In this document: one piece after another, positions 1 to 9,186 of the stretch
How positions within the stretch are numbered: position 1 is the stretch's first letter
Layout of the letters: each line of letters starts with the position of its first letter
Assembly: GCA_023475105.1 (NCBI GenBank)
Contig: JAMCWJ010000076.1
Location: forward strand, 4,951 to 68,950
DNA: 64,000 bases
Direction of reading: 5' to 3'
From: Nitrospirota bacterium
GTDB taxonomy: Bacteria; Nitrospirota; Thermodesulfovibrionia; Thermodesulfovibrionales; UBA9159
Notes under the pieces: generated by a model
Seen by the model: the letters and a program-made list of their open reading frames with translations, nothing else
Told to the model about the DNA's origin: nothing
Databases searched by the model: none
Made by a program: the position numbers and the translations under genes

Positions 1-259
1 TGAGCGGAGGAGCGCGATCTTCAGATTCGTCAATAACGTCCTCGCTTCGGAAACGTTTGAGCCCGCGCGGGTGAATGACTACCTCGGGTAGAAGGGGGAG
101 CTACGCCGGCATGCTGCCTTCCCGGGGGGGCGCTCCCTCCGGTGTCTCATCGTAAGAGAATGCGGCATTTGAAGAACGGCCTCTTATGCGATACAATGAA
201 AGTGATTTCCGAAACACAGAAAAGTCACAAAAACGACTCTCATGGATGGAGGTTATACG

Positions 260-598
260 ATGAAAAAAATGGCGGCCCTGCTTATCGTGTGTATTCTTCT
301 TCTGAGCTCAGCTTCAGCATTTGCCGAAACCGATGAAGCGTTCGTTGCAGCGGCGGATGCGGTGATTGCGAGACCTTTCGGCCTCGCTGCCATTGTGGTC
401 GGAGGCGCATTTTTTGTCGTCTCTTTACCCTTTGCCCTTGCAAGCAACAGCGTGAAGCAAACCGGCGATATGCTGGTGGGTGAACCCTTCAGATTTACGT
501 TTACGCGGCCTCTCGGGGATTTCCGGCAGAGCGGTTCCTATGGTGAGACCAAGGGCAGCCGTCAAAGACAAGAAAGCGAAAATACCACGGAAAAATAG
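260..598 (+). CDS. hypothetical exported/membrane protein
   Basis: ORF 242..598. The internal ATG at 260 follows a GGAGG-like site. The N-terminus MKKMAALLIVCILLLSSASAFA looks like a Sec signal peptide and is followed by a second hydrophobic segment. No recognisable domain. Confidence 0.5.
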   Translation: MKKMAALLIVCILLLSSASAFAETDEAFVAAADAVIARPFGLAAIVVGGAFFVVSLPFALASNSVKQTGDMLVGEPFRFTFTRPLGDFRQSGSYGETKGSRQRQESENTTEK

Positions 599-637
599 AG
601 ACTGCTGCCCAGACACTGCCCGAAGACCTTTGATGAC

Positions 638-660
638 GGGGGCAGGATTCCCCTGCCCCC
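638..660. terminator. GC-rich hairpin between convergent genes (candidate bidirectional terminator)
   Basis: GGGGGCAGG (638..646) pairs with CCTGCCCCC (652..660) around a 5-nt loop, giving 9 perfect GC-rich bp. It lies between the stop at 598 (+) and the atpE stop at 673 (-). There is no clean U-tract on either strand. Confidence 0.4.
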
Positions 661-672
661 TCCTATCGAGAA

Positions 673-1026
673 TTAAAGTTTGAAAGGATTCATGAAAAGG
701 ATGATGAGCACCACGACCAGTGCGTAAATAGCAAGAGACTCTATCATCGCCAGGCCGATGATAAGAGTTGTCGTGATTTTCCCTGACACGCCGGGGTTCC
801 TCGCAACACCTTCGCAGGCCTTGCTCAGACCTATACCCTGTCCGATGCCGGTGCCGAGCGCGGCGAGGCCGATAGCGAGACCGCAGCCCAGGGCCGCAAA
901 GGCATAGTAGTATATTTTTGAACCGCCGGCAGCAGGGGCTGCTGCCGCCTCTTCAGCGAGGGCAAGCGGAGCAAAGGCCCAGAGCATCACCAAGGCGAGA
1001 ATCATGAAAGCGACAATTCTTCTCAT
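673..1026 (-). CDS. atpE: F0F1 ATP synthase subunit c
   Basis: Hairpin proteolipid with GTGIGQGIG...ARNP loop and the carboxylate helix [14 protein letters not shown]. It sits immediately downstream of subunit a and carries a hydrophobic N-terminal extension of about 35 aa. Confidence 0.9.
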   Translation of the reverse strand: MRRIVAFMILALVMLWAFAPLALAEEAAAAPAAGGSKIYYYAFAALGCGLAIGLAALGTGIGQGIGLSKACEGVARNPGVSGKITTTLIIGLAMIESLAIYALVVVLIILFMNPFKL

Positions 1027-1056
1027 TGCAATTCCTCCTTTCTTCGGATATTTTGA

Positions 1057-1740
1057 TTAGTGTGCTTCTTCGACGGAACCTGCAAGATAAAGGGCAGTCA
1101 AAAGCACAAAGACAAATGCCTGTATCAAGCTTACCAGAACCCCCAATCCCAGGATCGCCACCGGTACGATCACCGGCGCCAGGAGTCCGAGGGCAAAAAG
1201 TATCATATGTTTTGCGATCATGTTGCCGAAAAGCCTCACCGAGAGAGTGACCGGCCTCACGAGGTGGCCGATGAACTCGATGACGAACATCATCGGCGCC
1301 AGCCATATGATCGGGCCGAGAAAATGTTTGATGTACTTGAATCCGTGCGCCTTGATGCCGTAGTAATGCGTCGCAAGAAAGACCGGGACGGCCATCGAGG
1401 CGGTCATGTTGATGTTGCTCGTGGGCGCCGTGAAACCCGGAATGAGACCCATAAAGTTGCAGACGAGAATGTACAGCCCTATCGTACCTATGAGAGGGAA
1501 AAAGTGTCTCCCCCAGTGATGCCCGATATTCTCCTCCGACAGATTCAGAAGGGAGTCGACCATCACCTCGACAAAGTTCTGCATGCCCCTTGGGACGAGC
1601 GAGAGAGAGCCCCTGACCGCAAGCGAAACGGCAATCAGGATGAGGGACGCAAAGAACGCGTACGACACGTAATGCGGAACGACGTGCGGATTAATTACGA
1701 GATCCATCAATAGAGATTCTTCTTGCATCGGGTCCTCCAA
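1057..1740 (-). CDS. atpB: F0F1 ATP synthase subunit a
   Basis: 227-aa polytopic membrane protein with the subunit-a signature region VRPVTLSVRLFGNMIAKH (conserved Arg), directly upstream of atpE. Confidence 0.9.
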   Translation of the reverse strand: MEDPMQEESLLMDLVINPHVVPHYVSYAFFASLILIAVSLAVRGSLSLVPRGMQNFVEVMVDSLLNLSEENIGHHWGRHFFPLIGTIGLYILVCNFMGLIPGFTAPTSNINMTASMAVPVFLATHYYGIKAHGFKYIKHFLGPIIWLAPMMFVIEFIGHLVRPVTLSVRLFGNMIAKHMILFALGLLAPVIVPVAILGLGVLVSLIQAFVFVLLTALYLAGSVEEAH

Positions 1741-1839
1741 AACCTGAATTCAAGTATCTTAAGAAAGAAGATCCCAAAAGTCAAGATTTGAGACCATCAA
1801 AAAATTAAATAACCCTATCAGCAGGGAGAAGCGGACAGA

Positions 1840-2727
1840 CTACCGAAGAACCAGACGGAGAACCCTTTCGATACCCCCATAGTCCCTTATGAGAGATGCG
1901 CACACAAGGCCCGCTTCTCCGGCGATCCGTACGGCAGCCTCGGCCTCGCCGTCCCCGAGTTCGACGATCAGGGAGCCCTCAGGGGCAAGATGGCGGGACG
2001 CGAGCGCGAATATCCTCCGGTAAAACGCCAGACCGTCCTCGCCGCCGTCAAGCGCTTCCCGGGGCTCCCACGCCGCAATCTCCGGCTGAAGGCTGTCGAT
2101 GGCCTTTCTTCTGACATAGGGAGGATTCGACACGACGAGGTCGAATTGCAGCCCTTCCACCGGTTCGTAGAGATCCCCCTTCAGAAACGTCACGTCTTCC
2201 GCGTTGTTCATCCGTGCATTCAGATCCGCATATTCCAAGGCCTTTTCGGAAGAATCGGTACCGTACACTACCGCGTTCCCGATCTCCTTTGCTAGCGCCA
2301 GGGCCACGCATCCGCTGCCGGTGCAAAGGTCAAGAATACGCAACGCCCGAGGGGTACGACGCATGGCGTTTTCTTCTTCCCTTGAGCCCACCGTTCCTTC
2401 CGCGAGAAACTTTATCGCCTCTTCGACGATCAATTCCGTTTCAGGACGGGGGATCAGCACTCCCGGCCCGACCTTTATCTTTAATCCGTAAAAATCGGCA
2501 TAGCCGACAATATACTGAAGGGGCTCCCTCATCTTTCTCCTGGCGAGCGCCTGCCTTATCCCCTCCAGTTGGTCCCCGGAAACGACAGGATTATCCCGGT
2601 AAAACGCGACCCTTTCTATCCCCGCGAACCTCGCGCAGATAACCTCTGCTTCCTTGCCGGCATCTTCAACACCGCAAGAACGCAGCTCCGTCGAGACCTC
2701 GCGGAACGCATCGGCAGCCCTCATCAT
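1840..2727 (-). CDS. prmC: release-factor glutamine N5-methyltransferase
   Basis: SAM-binding LDLCTGSGC and the catalytic NPPY motif (VSNPPYV). It abuts the prfA stop. Confidence 0.9.
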   Translation of the reverse strand: MMRAADAFREVSTELRSCGVEDAGKEAEVICARFAGIERVAFYRDNPVVSGDQLEGIRQALARRKMREPLQYIVGYADFYGLKIKVGPGVLIPRPETELIVEEAIKFLAEGTVGSREEENAMRRTPRALRILDLCTGSGCVALALAKEIGNAVVYGTDSSEKALEYADLNARMNNAEDVTFLKGDLYEPVEGLQFDLVVSNPPYVRRKAIDSLQPEIAAWEPREALDGGEDGLAFYRRIFALASRHLAPEGSLIVELGDGEAEAAVRIAGEAGLVCASLIRDYGGIERVLRLVLR

Positions 2728-3792
2728 TTAAAGTTCCTTCAGCCTTTCCGTCTGGTAGTGAGTGATCAGGGCGTCGATGATCTCGTCGAGATCACCCTCC
2801 AGGACCTGTTCAAGCCTGTGAAGCGTGAACCCTATCCTGTGGTCCGTCACCCTGTTCTGGGGAAAATTGTACGTCCGTATTCTTTCGCTCCTGTCGCCCG
2901 TCCCCACCTGGGTTTTTCTTTCGAGGGCGCGTTCCTTTTCCTGCCTCTCGATCTCGAGCTCATAGAGCCGCGAACGCAGGACCTTCAGCGCCTTATCCTT
3001 GTTCTTCATCTGAGAACGCTCATCCTGACACTGCACGATCATCCCCGTCGGGATATGGACGATCCTCACAGCAGAATAGGTGGTATTTACTCCCTGTCCG
3101 CCCGGACCCGACGAGCAGAACGTATCGACCCTCAGGTCCTTCTCCTCGATCCTGATATCCACGTCCTCGGCCTCGGGAAGGACCGCGACGGTTGCAGCAG
3201 AGGTGTGGATCCGCCCCGATGCCTCGGTGACCGGGACCCGTTGAACCCGGTGGGCGCCGCTCTCGTACTTAAGCCTGCTGTATGCACGCTTGCCCTCCAG
3301 AGAGGCGACGATCTCCTTGAGGCCGCCAAGACCGGTTGGGCTTGAATCGATCACTTCCACCTTCCATCTCTTTGCCTCCGCATACTTCGCGTACATCCTG
3401 AAGAGACTTGCAGCAAAAAGCGCCGCTTCCTCCCCCCCCCGTGCCGGCCCTTATCTCGAGGAGACGCCTTTTTCGTCCCTTGGGTCCTTCGGAAGAAGCA
3501 TCATCTTCAGTTCCTCCTCAACCTTCGGCTTCGCCTCTTTCAATTCGGTCAGCTCCGCCTGCGCAAGCTCCCGGAGGTCTCCATCGCCGCTCCGTAGAAT
3601 CTCTTCCGCCTCTTCAATGCCGGACAGAATCTTCTTGTACCTCCCGATCTTTTCCGCGAGGGGTTGGAGTTCGGCCTGCTCTCTTGAGTATTTCTGATAC
3701 GACTGAGGGTTCGAGAGGACTTCCGGACTCATCAGGAGACGGGTCAGTTCATCATATTTTTCTTCTAACGCCTTAAGCTTCTCTATCACCAT
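2728..3792 (-). pseudogene. prfA: peptide chain release factor 1, reading frame interrupted by two compensating 1-nt indels
   Basis: The N-terminal ORF 3451..3792 ends ...LLPKDPRDEKGVSSR*. The C-terminal ORF 2728..3396 carries RVQRVPVTE (RF1-type PxT) and SGPGGQ. Both ORFs are in the same frame. The conserved LEIRAGTGG is readable only in the -1 frame between 3465 and a G9 run (3432..3440). Confidence 0.85.
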
Positions 3793-4660
3793 TCCCCTCC
3801 AAAATCAGGACCTCGCTGACCGCCCTGATCGCGACTTCGATCTGGGAATCATCAGGCTCCCTTGTGGTGAGTTTCTGCAGCAGCAAGCCGGGCAGTATCA
3901 GGAGGCCGACCAGGGCGTTGTCCCTCCTCTTTGCCGAAAGTCTGAGAAGCTCGTAGGAGATGCCTGAGACCAGGGGGATGAGCACGAGTCTCGACAAAAA
4001 CTTCGCCGAAAGAGTCCATGACTGGGGGATGCAGGAAAAAACAAGGATGCTTATCACCATCACAATGAGGAGGAAACTCGTGCCGCACCTCGGATGATGG
4101 GGGCTGAAAGGCCGTATGTTCTCCACCTTCAGTTCCTTTCCCGCCTCGTAGGCATGGATCACCTTGTGCTCTGCGCCGTGGTACTCGAATATCCTCCCCA
4201 TGTCTTTCCATAGCCCTATCGCAAAAACGTAGAACAGAAACATGAAGACCCTGATGATACCGTCCGTCAGATTAAAGATAAAGGAGCTGTGCGACACCCC
4301 GCCGACGAAAAGTCCGATCAGCTTCGTGAGGTACAGGGGCAAGAGCAGAAACAGACCTATGCCGGCTCCCACGGCGACGACGATCGTTGCGGCGAGGGCC
4401 AGAGGGCTCAAAGGTTTTTCCCCTTCACCGGAATACGCCTTGCCTGCGGAAAACTCGATTGCCTTCATGCCGATCGCCAGGGCATGGTACAGTCCGACCA
4501 CGCCCCGCAGCAGAGGGAGAGTCAGCAATTTCGGCAGTTTTTCGAGCACTTCTCTTCTTATATGTATCTCCCCCTTCTGATCGCGCACCGCCACGGTCCA
4601 TGCCGAAGGTGACTTCATCATCACCCCTTCGATGACCGCCTGACCGCCGATATTCTTCAT
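3773..4660 (-). CDS. DUF1385-family membrane protein
   Basis: The N-terminus GGQAVIEGVMMKS and the EYHGAEHK motif are typical of the DUF1385 family, which commonly sits next to prfA/prmC. It has several TM segments. Confidence 0.7.
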   Translation of the reverse strand: MKNIGGQAVIEGVMMKSPSAWTVAVRDQKGEIHIRREVLEKLPKLLTLPLLRGVVGLYHALAIGMKAIEFSAGKAYSGEGEKPLSPLALAATIVVAVGAGIGLFLLLPLYLTKLIGLFVGGVSHSSFIFNLTDGIIRVFMFLFYVFAIGLWKDMGRIFEYHGAEHKVIHAYEAGKELKVENIRPFSPHHPRCGTSFLLIVMVISILVFSCIPQSWTLSAKFLSRLVLIPLVSGISYELLRLSAKRRDNALVGLLILPGLLLQKLTTREPDDSQIEVAIRAVSEVLILEGNGDREA

Positions 4661-4683
4661 GGTTTTCCCTTCCTTATTTTGTC

Positions 4684-4722
4684 AAAAAAAAGCCGTTAGC
4701 CCTTTGGCGAGAGACTAACGAC
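4684..4722 (-). terminator. rho-independent terminator candidate after rpmE
   Basis: On the minus strand, GUCGUUAG ... CUAACGGC forms an 8-bp stem (one GU pair) with a loop of about 15 nt. A run of 8 U follows (plus-strand A-run 4684..4691). Confidence 0.45.
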
Positions 4723-4734
4723 TCCGGATAACCG

Positions 4735-4944
4735 CTACTTTGTTGCGATGTTGGCGTATTTCCTCTTAAATTTCTGGACCCTTCCTTCCGCATCCACAAG
4801 CTTCTGCTTGCCGGTGAAGAAGGGGTGACACTTGGAACAGATATCCACATGGATCACCGGCTTCGTGGACTTTGTCACAAAGGTCTCGCCGCAGGCGCAA
4901 ACGACCTTCGCCTCTTTATAATCGGGATGAATTCCTTCTTTCAA
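4735..4944 (-). CDS. rpmE: 50S ribosomal protein L31
   Basis: [22 protein letters not shown]...[10 protein letters not shown] is the canonical Zn-ribbon form of L31. Confidence 0.95.
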   Translation of the reverse strand: MKEGIHPDYKEAKVVCACGETFVTKSTKPVIHVDICSKCHPFFTGKQKLVDAEGRVQKFKRKYANIATK

Positions 4945-5009
4945 ATCGGTTCCCTCCTGAATGAATTTTACTTCTTTATTTTAGAATATTGCGCACCTTT
5001 TTGGCAATA

Positions 5010-5993
5010 TCAAAAGCAGACCTGAAAGTCCGAGGGAACGTCCCGGGGACCCGTTGCTTCCCGCAGGACTTTGAGAAAGACTTCGTGGCAGCCTTTCCCG
5101 AGTCCTACGGTGCCCGGTTCCGCCTTCCATCCGACAGGGAACCTCTCGTAATACTTCCCGCCCAGACCAAAGTGTCTCGCCACATCGGGTCTGTCGTACA
5201 GGAAAGAAGCTCGCGCCGCCGCCTGGCTGCCCACAGAGACGTAGAGGTCCTCAACCGGCCTCCTCGTCCTCGCATCGAAGGCCCACCCTTCAATCACGAC
5301 GCTTCCCGGCCGGCCGCCGACCATGGCCTTCCGGTCCCTGAATTCCATGCCGTTCGCATGGTCCATCCAAAACTCGAGATTTCCCTGATTATCCTGATAT
5401 TCGTTTTTCATCCAGAACAGGAGATTTGTTTTATCGTGCCTCTTTCCGGTTTTCGCAAGCCACCGTTCATATTCTGAAAAGAGGGCGGGGCCGATCGACC
5501 GGTAAAAAGGAAAGACTCCGTACCGCCAGGAGAACTGCTCTTTCACCGCGGAAAGGGGGGGATCCTTCTCGATAGCCAGGGCAAGCGCGCTCACCAGACC
5601 TGTCCTGTCAGAACCTCTCCGGCAGTGGATCAGTATCGGCCTTTCCTCATTCGAGAGGATATCGAGGACCGCCATAAGCTTCGCGTATTGAGGAAGTTCG
5701 TTGGCGGAAAGCATGATATCGTAGAGGCGGACGTGATTCCGTTCTGCAACCGCCCTTTCCCTGACGTACCATTCGTCCTCCCTGAAGTCGCCCCTGAGAT
5801 TCACGATCGCCCTGATGCCCTTTTCCCGGATGATCTTCTGCAGCTCCTCGGCCGACAACTGCGCGCTCCGGTATACCCTGCCCCCCACGACTGTTTCTAT
5901 CCGCGTAGTGAAGAAAAGATGGTAGCAAGCAAAGACGAACAGGGAAATGCAGACTGCCGTGAGAAACAATCTCTTTTTTTTCAACAGACTCAT
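5010..5993 (-). CDS. membrane-anchored tyrosine/dual-specificity phosphatase-like protein with an unknown C-terminal domain
   Basis: N-terminal TM segment and the HCX5R(S/T) P-loop HCRRGSDRTG. The C-terminal region of about 150 aa has no motif I recognise. Confidence 0.6.
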   Translation of the reverse strand: MSLLKKKRLFLTAVCISLFVFACYHLFFTTRIETVVGGRVYRSAQLSAEELQKIIREKGIRAIVNLRGDFREDEWYVRERAVAERNHVRLYDIMLSANELPQYAKLMAVLDILSNEERPILIHCRRGSDRTGLVSALALAIEKDPPLSAVKEQFSWRYGVFPFYRSIGPALFSEYERWLAKTGKRHDKTNLLFWMKNEYQDNQGNLEFWMDHANGMEFRDRKAMVGGRPGSVVIEGWAFDARTRRPVEDLYVSVGSQAAARASFLYDRPDVARHFGLGGKYYERFPVGWKAEPGTVGLGKGCHEVFLKVLREATGPRDVPSDFQVCF

Positions 5994-6037
5994 CGTTTTC
6001 GCGAAAGTTTTTTCCAGAAGGGAAAAGAGGCGCCGCC

Positions 6038-7225
6038 TTATGCGGCGGCTGTTTTGGCTGCCTTTTTCTCTGCTGCGACCCGCAATACCTCAGCCGCATT
6101 GAACGTACCGCCGATCGCCTGCACAGGGCATTTTGCGGTGCATATCCCGCATCCTATACATTTCCGGACATCTATCTCGTGCTTCTTCTTCAACTCTCCC
6201 GAAGCCGCATTCACCGGACAGACTTTCATGCAGATCTGACATCCGATACAGTTGTCCAGAACGATAGCCTTCGGCCTTTTCGGTATGAAATCGATAATGG
6301 CTTTCGTCGGACACGCGGCCGCACACAGACCGCATACCCTGCACTTGTCGAGATCGATTCTCGAAAGGTTGTCTGCGATGGAAGGGGCGTCGAAGGGACA
6401 TATCTTTACGCACTTTCCGCACGCGATGCACCCGACCTGGCAGTTCTTTTTTGTCTCGACCCCTCTGTCTTTCGAATGGCAGGCGACAAGGACTCGCCTC
6501 GACGCGGGAAGGACTTCGATAACCTTTTTCGGACATGCCTGCTCGCACTTGCGACAGCCCGTACACTTTGTAATGTCCACGACCGGAAGACCGTCTCCGC
6601 TCATCGTAATCGCACCGAAGGGACAGACCCTCGCGCACGTCCCATATCCCAGGCAACCATACGCGCATGCCTTGTCTCCGCCGCCCGCCAGGACCGCGGC
6701 ACGGCAGTCCTGGACGCCTTCATATGTGAACTTCCTGACCGACTTTCCCGATCCTCCCTGGCACATGATCCTCGCGAACACCGGCTCCCGCACCTCGGCC
6801 TTTTTTCCGGTAATCAGGGCCACGGCTTCTGCTCCCTTTGCGCCTGCCGGGGTACAGAGGTTCGGGGGGACGTCAGGGTTCTTCACGACGGCCTCGGCGT
6901 ACTGCTCGCAGCCGGCATACCCGCACGCGCCGCAATGAGCGTGGGCAAGGACGTCCTTCACCTGCTCTACCCTGGGGTCGATCTCTACGACAAATCGTTT
7001 TGCCGCAAATGCAAGCCCCAGTCCGAATATGGTTCCCAATCCCGCCAGAAAGACAAGCGTCCACTTGATTAGGGGAATTATATCGACCTTCTCTTTTCCC
7101 TCGACGGTGCCACCGACACCGGCGTAAAGGGCAGAGGCGTAAACGAGCAAAAGTATCACTGTAAATAAACTCGTCTTTCTTATCATTCTCTTACCAAACA
7201 TTGGCGCGCTTTGTAAAGACCGCAT
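6038..7225 (-). CDS. rnfB: Rnf complex subunit B, extended polyferredoxin type
   Basis: TM anchor, then the RnfB-type CGACGYAGCEQYAEAV cluster motif, followed by six CxxCxxCxxxCP ferredoxin motifs. It is the last gene of the rnf operon. The exact start is uncertain (extra N-terminal hydrophobic segment). Confidence 0.85.
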   Translation of the reverse strand: MRSLQSAPMFGKRMIRKTSLFTVILLLVYASALYAGVGGTVEGKEKVDIIPLIKWTLVFLAGLGTIFGLGLAFAAKRFVVEIDPRVEQVKDVLAHAHCGACGYAGCEQYAEAVVKNPDVPPNLCTPAGAKGAEAVALITGKKAEVREPVFARIMCQGGSGKSVRKFTYEGVQDCRAAVLAGGGDKACAYGCLGYGTCARVCPFGAITMSGDGLPVVDITKCTGCRKCEQACPKKVIEVLPASRRVLVACHSKDRGVETKKNCQVGCIACGKCVKICPFDAPSIADNLSRIDLDKCRVCGLCAAACPTKAIIDFIPKRPKAIVLDNCIGCQICMKVCPVNAASGELKKKHEIDVRKCIGCGICTAKCPVQAIGGTFNAAEVLRVAAEKKAAKTAAA

Positions 7226-7292
7226 CTTATTCTACCATATACGAATAAGGCCGGAGGTACCCGCCTCTACCATACGATCAATCATTATATCC

Positions 7293-7886
7293 TCATAACG
7301 TAATCAAACCTGAAAATCCCGTGAATGCAAGCGCGATCAGACTGGTGATGACAAATGCCATCGGCAGGCCCTTGAAAGGGGCCGGCACTTCGGCTAATTC
7401 CAGCCTCTCACGTATACTGGCCATTATTATCAGCGCCAGCGCAAAACCTATTCCGGAACCAAATCCGAAAGCAAGGCTTTCGATAAATGAATATTTCTCC
7501 GCGGCATTTTCCAGAGGAACAGCAAGAATGATGCAGTTGGTCGATATCAGCGCAAGATAAATGCCAAGTTTGTAATAAAGTCCCGGCGCCGTTTTCCGCA
7601 TGATCGTGTCCGAGGTCTGGACCAATCCTGCTATGATACCGATGAAAACGATGATCTCCAAAAAAGAAATATCGAGCGGGACTAATATCTTGTTGAAAAC
7701 GACCCAGCTTAGGGCGGCGCTGATCATCATAACAGAGGTGAAGGTGATGCTCATTCCGATAGCGGTCTCCATTTTTTTCGAAACACCGAAGAATATGCAG
7801 AGTCCCAGAAACTTGGTGAAGACAAAATTGTTTATGAGAGATGCTGAAACTATCAGTTCAAAAAGTCTTGAAAAATCGCCGCCCAT
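7293..7886 (-). CDS. rnfA: Rnf complex subunit A
   Basis: 197-aa six-TM protein with LINNFVFTKFLGLC, which is RnfA/NqrE-like. Operon position supports the call. Confidence 0.9.
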   Translation of the reverse strand: MGGDFSRLFELIVSASLINNFVFTKFLGLCIFFGVSKKMETAIGMSITFTSVMMISAALSWVVFNKILVPLDISFLEIIVFIGIIAGLVQTSDTIMRKTAPGLYYKLGIYLALISTNCIILAVPLENAAEKYSFIESLAFGFGSGIGFALALIIMASIRERLELAEVPAPFKGLPMAFVITSLIALAFTGFSGLITL

Positions 7887-7961
7887 CTAATCGCCTCCTA
7901 CTCTGACCCGTCTGAACGATTCAAGCCGTTCAACCGTCCAAGCCGTTTAAACGGTCTAAGC

Positions 7962-8615
7962 CTAGTGTGAAGCATGCCTGTCCTTCTTATACAATGAGTC
8001 GATCCAGTTGAAGAAAGCCATGAGTATGCCCACTGCCAAAAAACCGCCTGCGGGCAGGATCATTATCAAGAGAGGTTTCGTATTCATCAACGTAATAACA
8101 TGGGAAGTCGAGAGGCCCGTTGGGATGGTAAGCGTCGCTTTGCCGACCAGTTCCCTGAAAAAGCTGATCACCGTGAGCGCAAAGAGGAATCCGACGCCCA
8201 TTCCAAGGCCATCTGCCATCGACGGCAGAATTGTGTTCTTGCTCGCAAACATCTCGGCCCTTGCAAGTATTGACGCAAAGGCGACGATAAGTGCGATATA
8301 CAACCCGACTTTTGCATATACGTCCGGCACGAATGCGGCCATCAAGAGTTGAGTCACCGTGACCCATCCCGATATAACCAGCATGAAGATAGGCAGTCTG
8401 ACTTTGGGATGTATCACTTTTCTGATAAGGGATATGGTGATATTCACCATCACCTGCACGAAGAGGACCGCCGCGCCCATGAAAATGCCGTTCTTCAGAT
8501 TGTTCGTGACGGCGATGGAGGGGCAAAGACTGAGCGCGAGCTTAAATATTGTATTTTCTTTTATGATCCCGTTTAAGAACTGGTCTTTGAGACTAACTGT
8601 GCCGGGGTTCGACAT
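7962..8615 (-). CDS. rnfE: Rnf complex subunit E
   Basis: ENTIFKLALSLCPSIAVT is typical of RnfE/NqrD. Polytopic protein in the expected operon position. Confidence 0.9.
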   Translation of the reverse strand: MSNPGTVSLKDQFLNGIIKENTIFKLALSLCPSIAVTNNLKNGIFMGAAVLFVQVMVNITISLIRKVIHPKVRLPIFMLVISGWVTVTQLLMAAFVPDVYAKVGLYIALIVAFASILARAEMFASKNTILPSMADGLGMGVGFLFALTVISFFRELVGKATLTIPTGLSTSHVITLMNTKPLLIMILPAGGFLAVGILMAFFNWIDSLYKKDRHASH

Positions 8616-9186
8616 CGGTTTTGCCTCCTTCCTTAATTGTCTTGATCAGAAATGCAACGCCGTTCTTTACCGCGTCTTCGGTTACCGCGCGGCTCGATAT
8701 AGTCGCCCCGGAGATCGCTTGTATGTATTCCGTCGTATCCGTTTTCAGGACCTTCAGATGGTCGAGGTCCTTGCCGGCGAACTGACTCTTGAAGGAGCCC
8801 GTCTCGATCTCGTCTCCCAGTCCGGGAGTTTCCGCATGGCTGAGAATGGCTATTTTCTGCACCTTGAAATCCTTATCGACGGCAACAAGGGTATTGATAA
8901 AACTCGAATACCCCTTTCCGAAGGACTGTACAATATAACCGATGGTCTCGCCGCCCTTTTTTGCAATAAAGTACTTGGCGTGTTTATCGTGAATTGTCCA
9001 TTCTCCCATTTTAGCTATATCGTCTGCATCCGGCATAAGCTGTTTCAAAGCTCTCTTTTCGGCTTCCTCGGCGTTCCTGTATATCTTCGGCGAGGTGTTC
9101 GCGTACACAAAGGCGAGGATAAACCCGCCGATCAGGTAGAAAACAACGAGGGTAAACGTTATCTTCGCTATATCTTTGCCGGTCAT
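8593..9186 (-). CDS. rnfG: Rnf complex subunit G (FMN-binding)
   Basis: N-terminal anchor and the covalent-FMN motif SGATISSRAV. Confidence 0.85.
   Translation of the reverse strand: MTGKDIAKITFTLVVFYLIGGFILAFVYANTSPKIYRNAEEAEKRALKQLMPDADDIAKMGEWTIHDKHAKYFIAKKGGETIGYIVQSFGKGYSSFINTLVAVDKDFKVQKIAILSHAETPGLGDEIETGSFKSQFAGKDLDHLKVLKTDTTEYIQAISGATISSRAVTEDAVKNGVAFLIKTIKEGGKTDVEPRHS

Noticed and set aside
3432-3465. Programmed frameshift autoregulation of prfA, by analogy with prfB.
   Set aside because: The prfB mechanism is a single +1 shift at CUU UGA C, sensing the factor's own stop codon. Here two opposite shifts would be needed. The in-frame stop is UAA (read by both RF1 and RF2), no slippery or SD-stimulator context is evident, and one site is a 9-nt homopolymer. 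An assembly error is the simpler explanation.
7226-7292. Short direct repeat TCTACCATA(TA)CGA occurring twice in the rnfA-rnfB gap.
   Set aside because: There are only two copies of about 11 nt, with one indel. That is too short to distinguish from chance, and no further copies were seen in the window.
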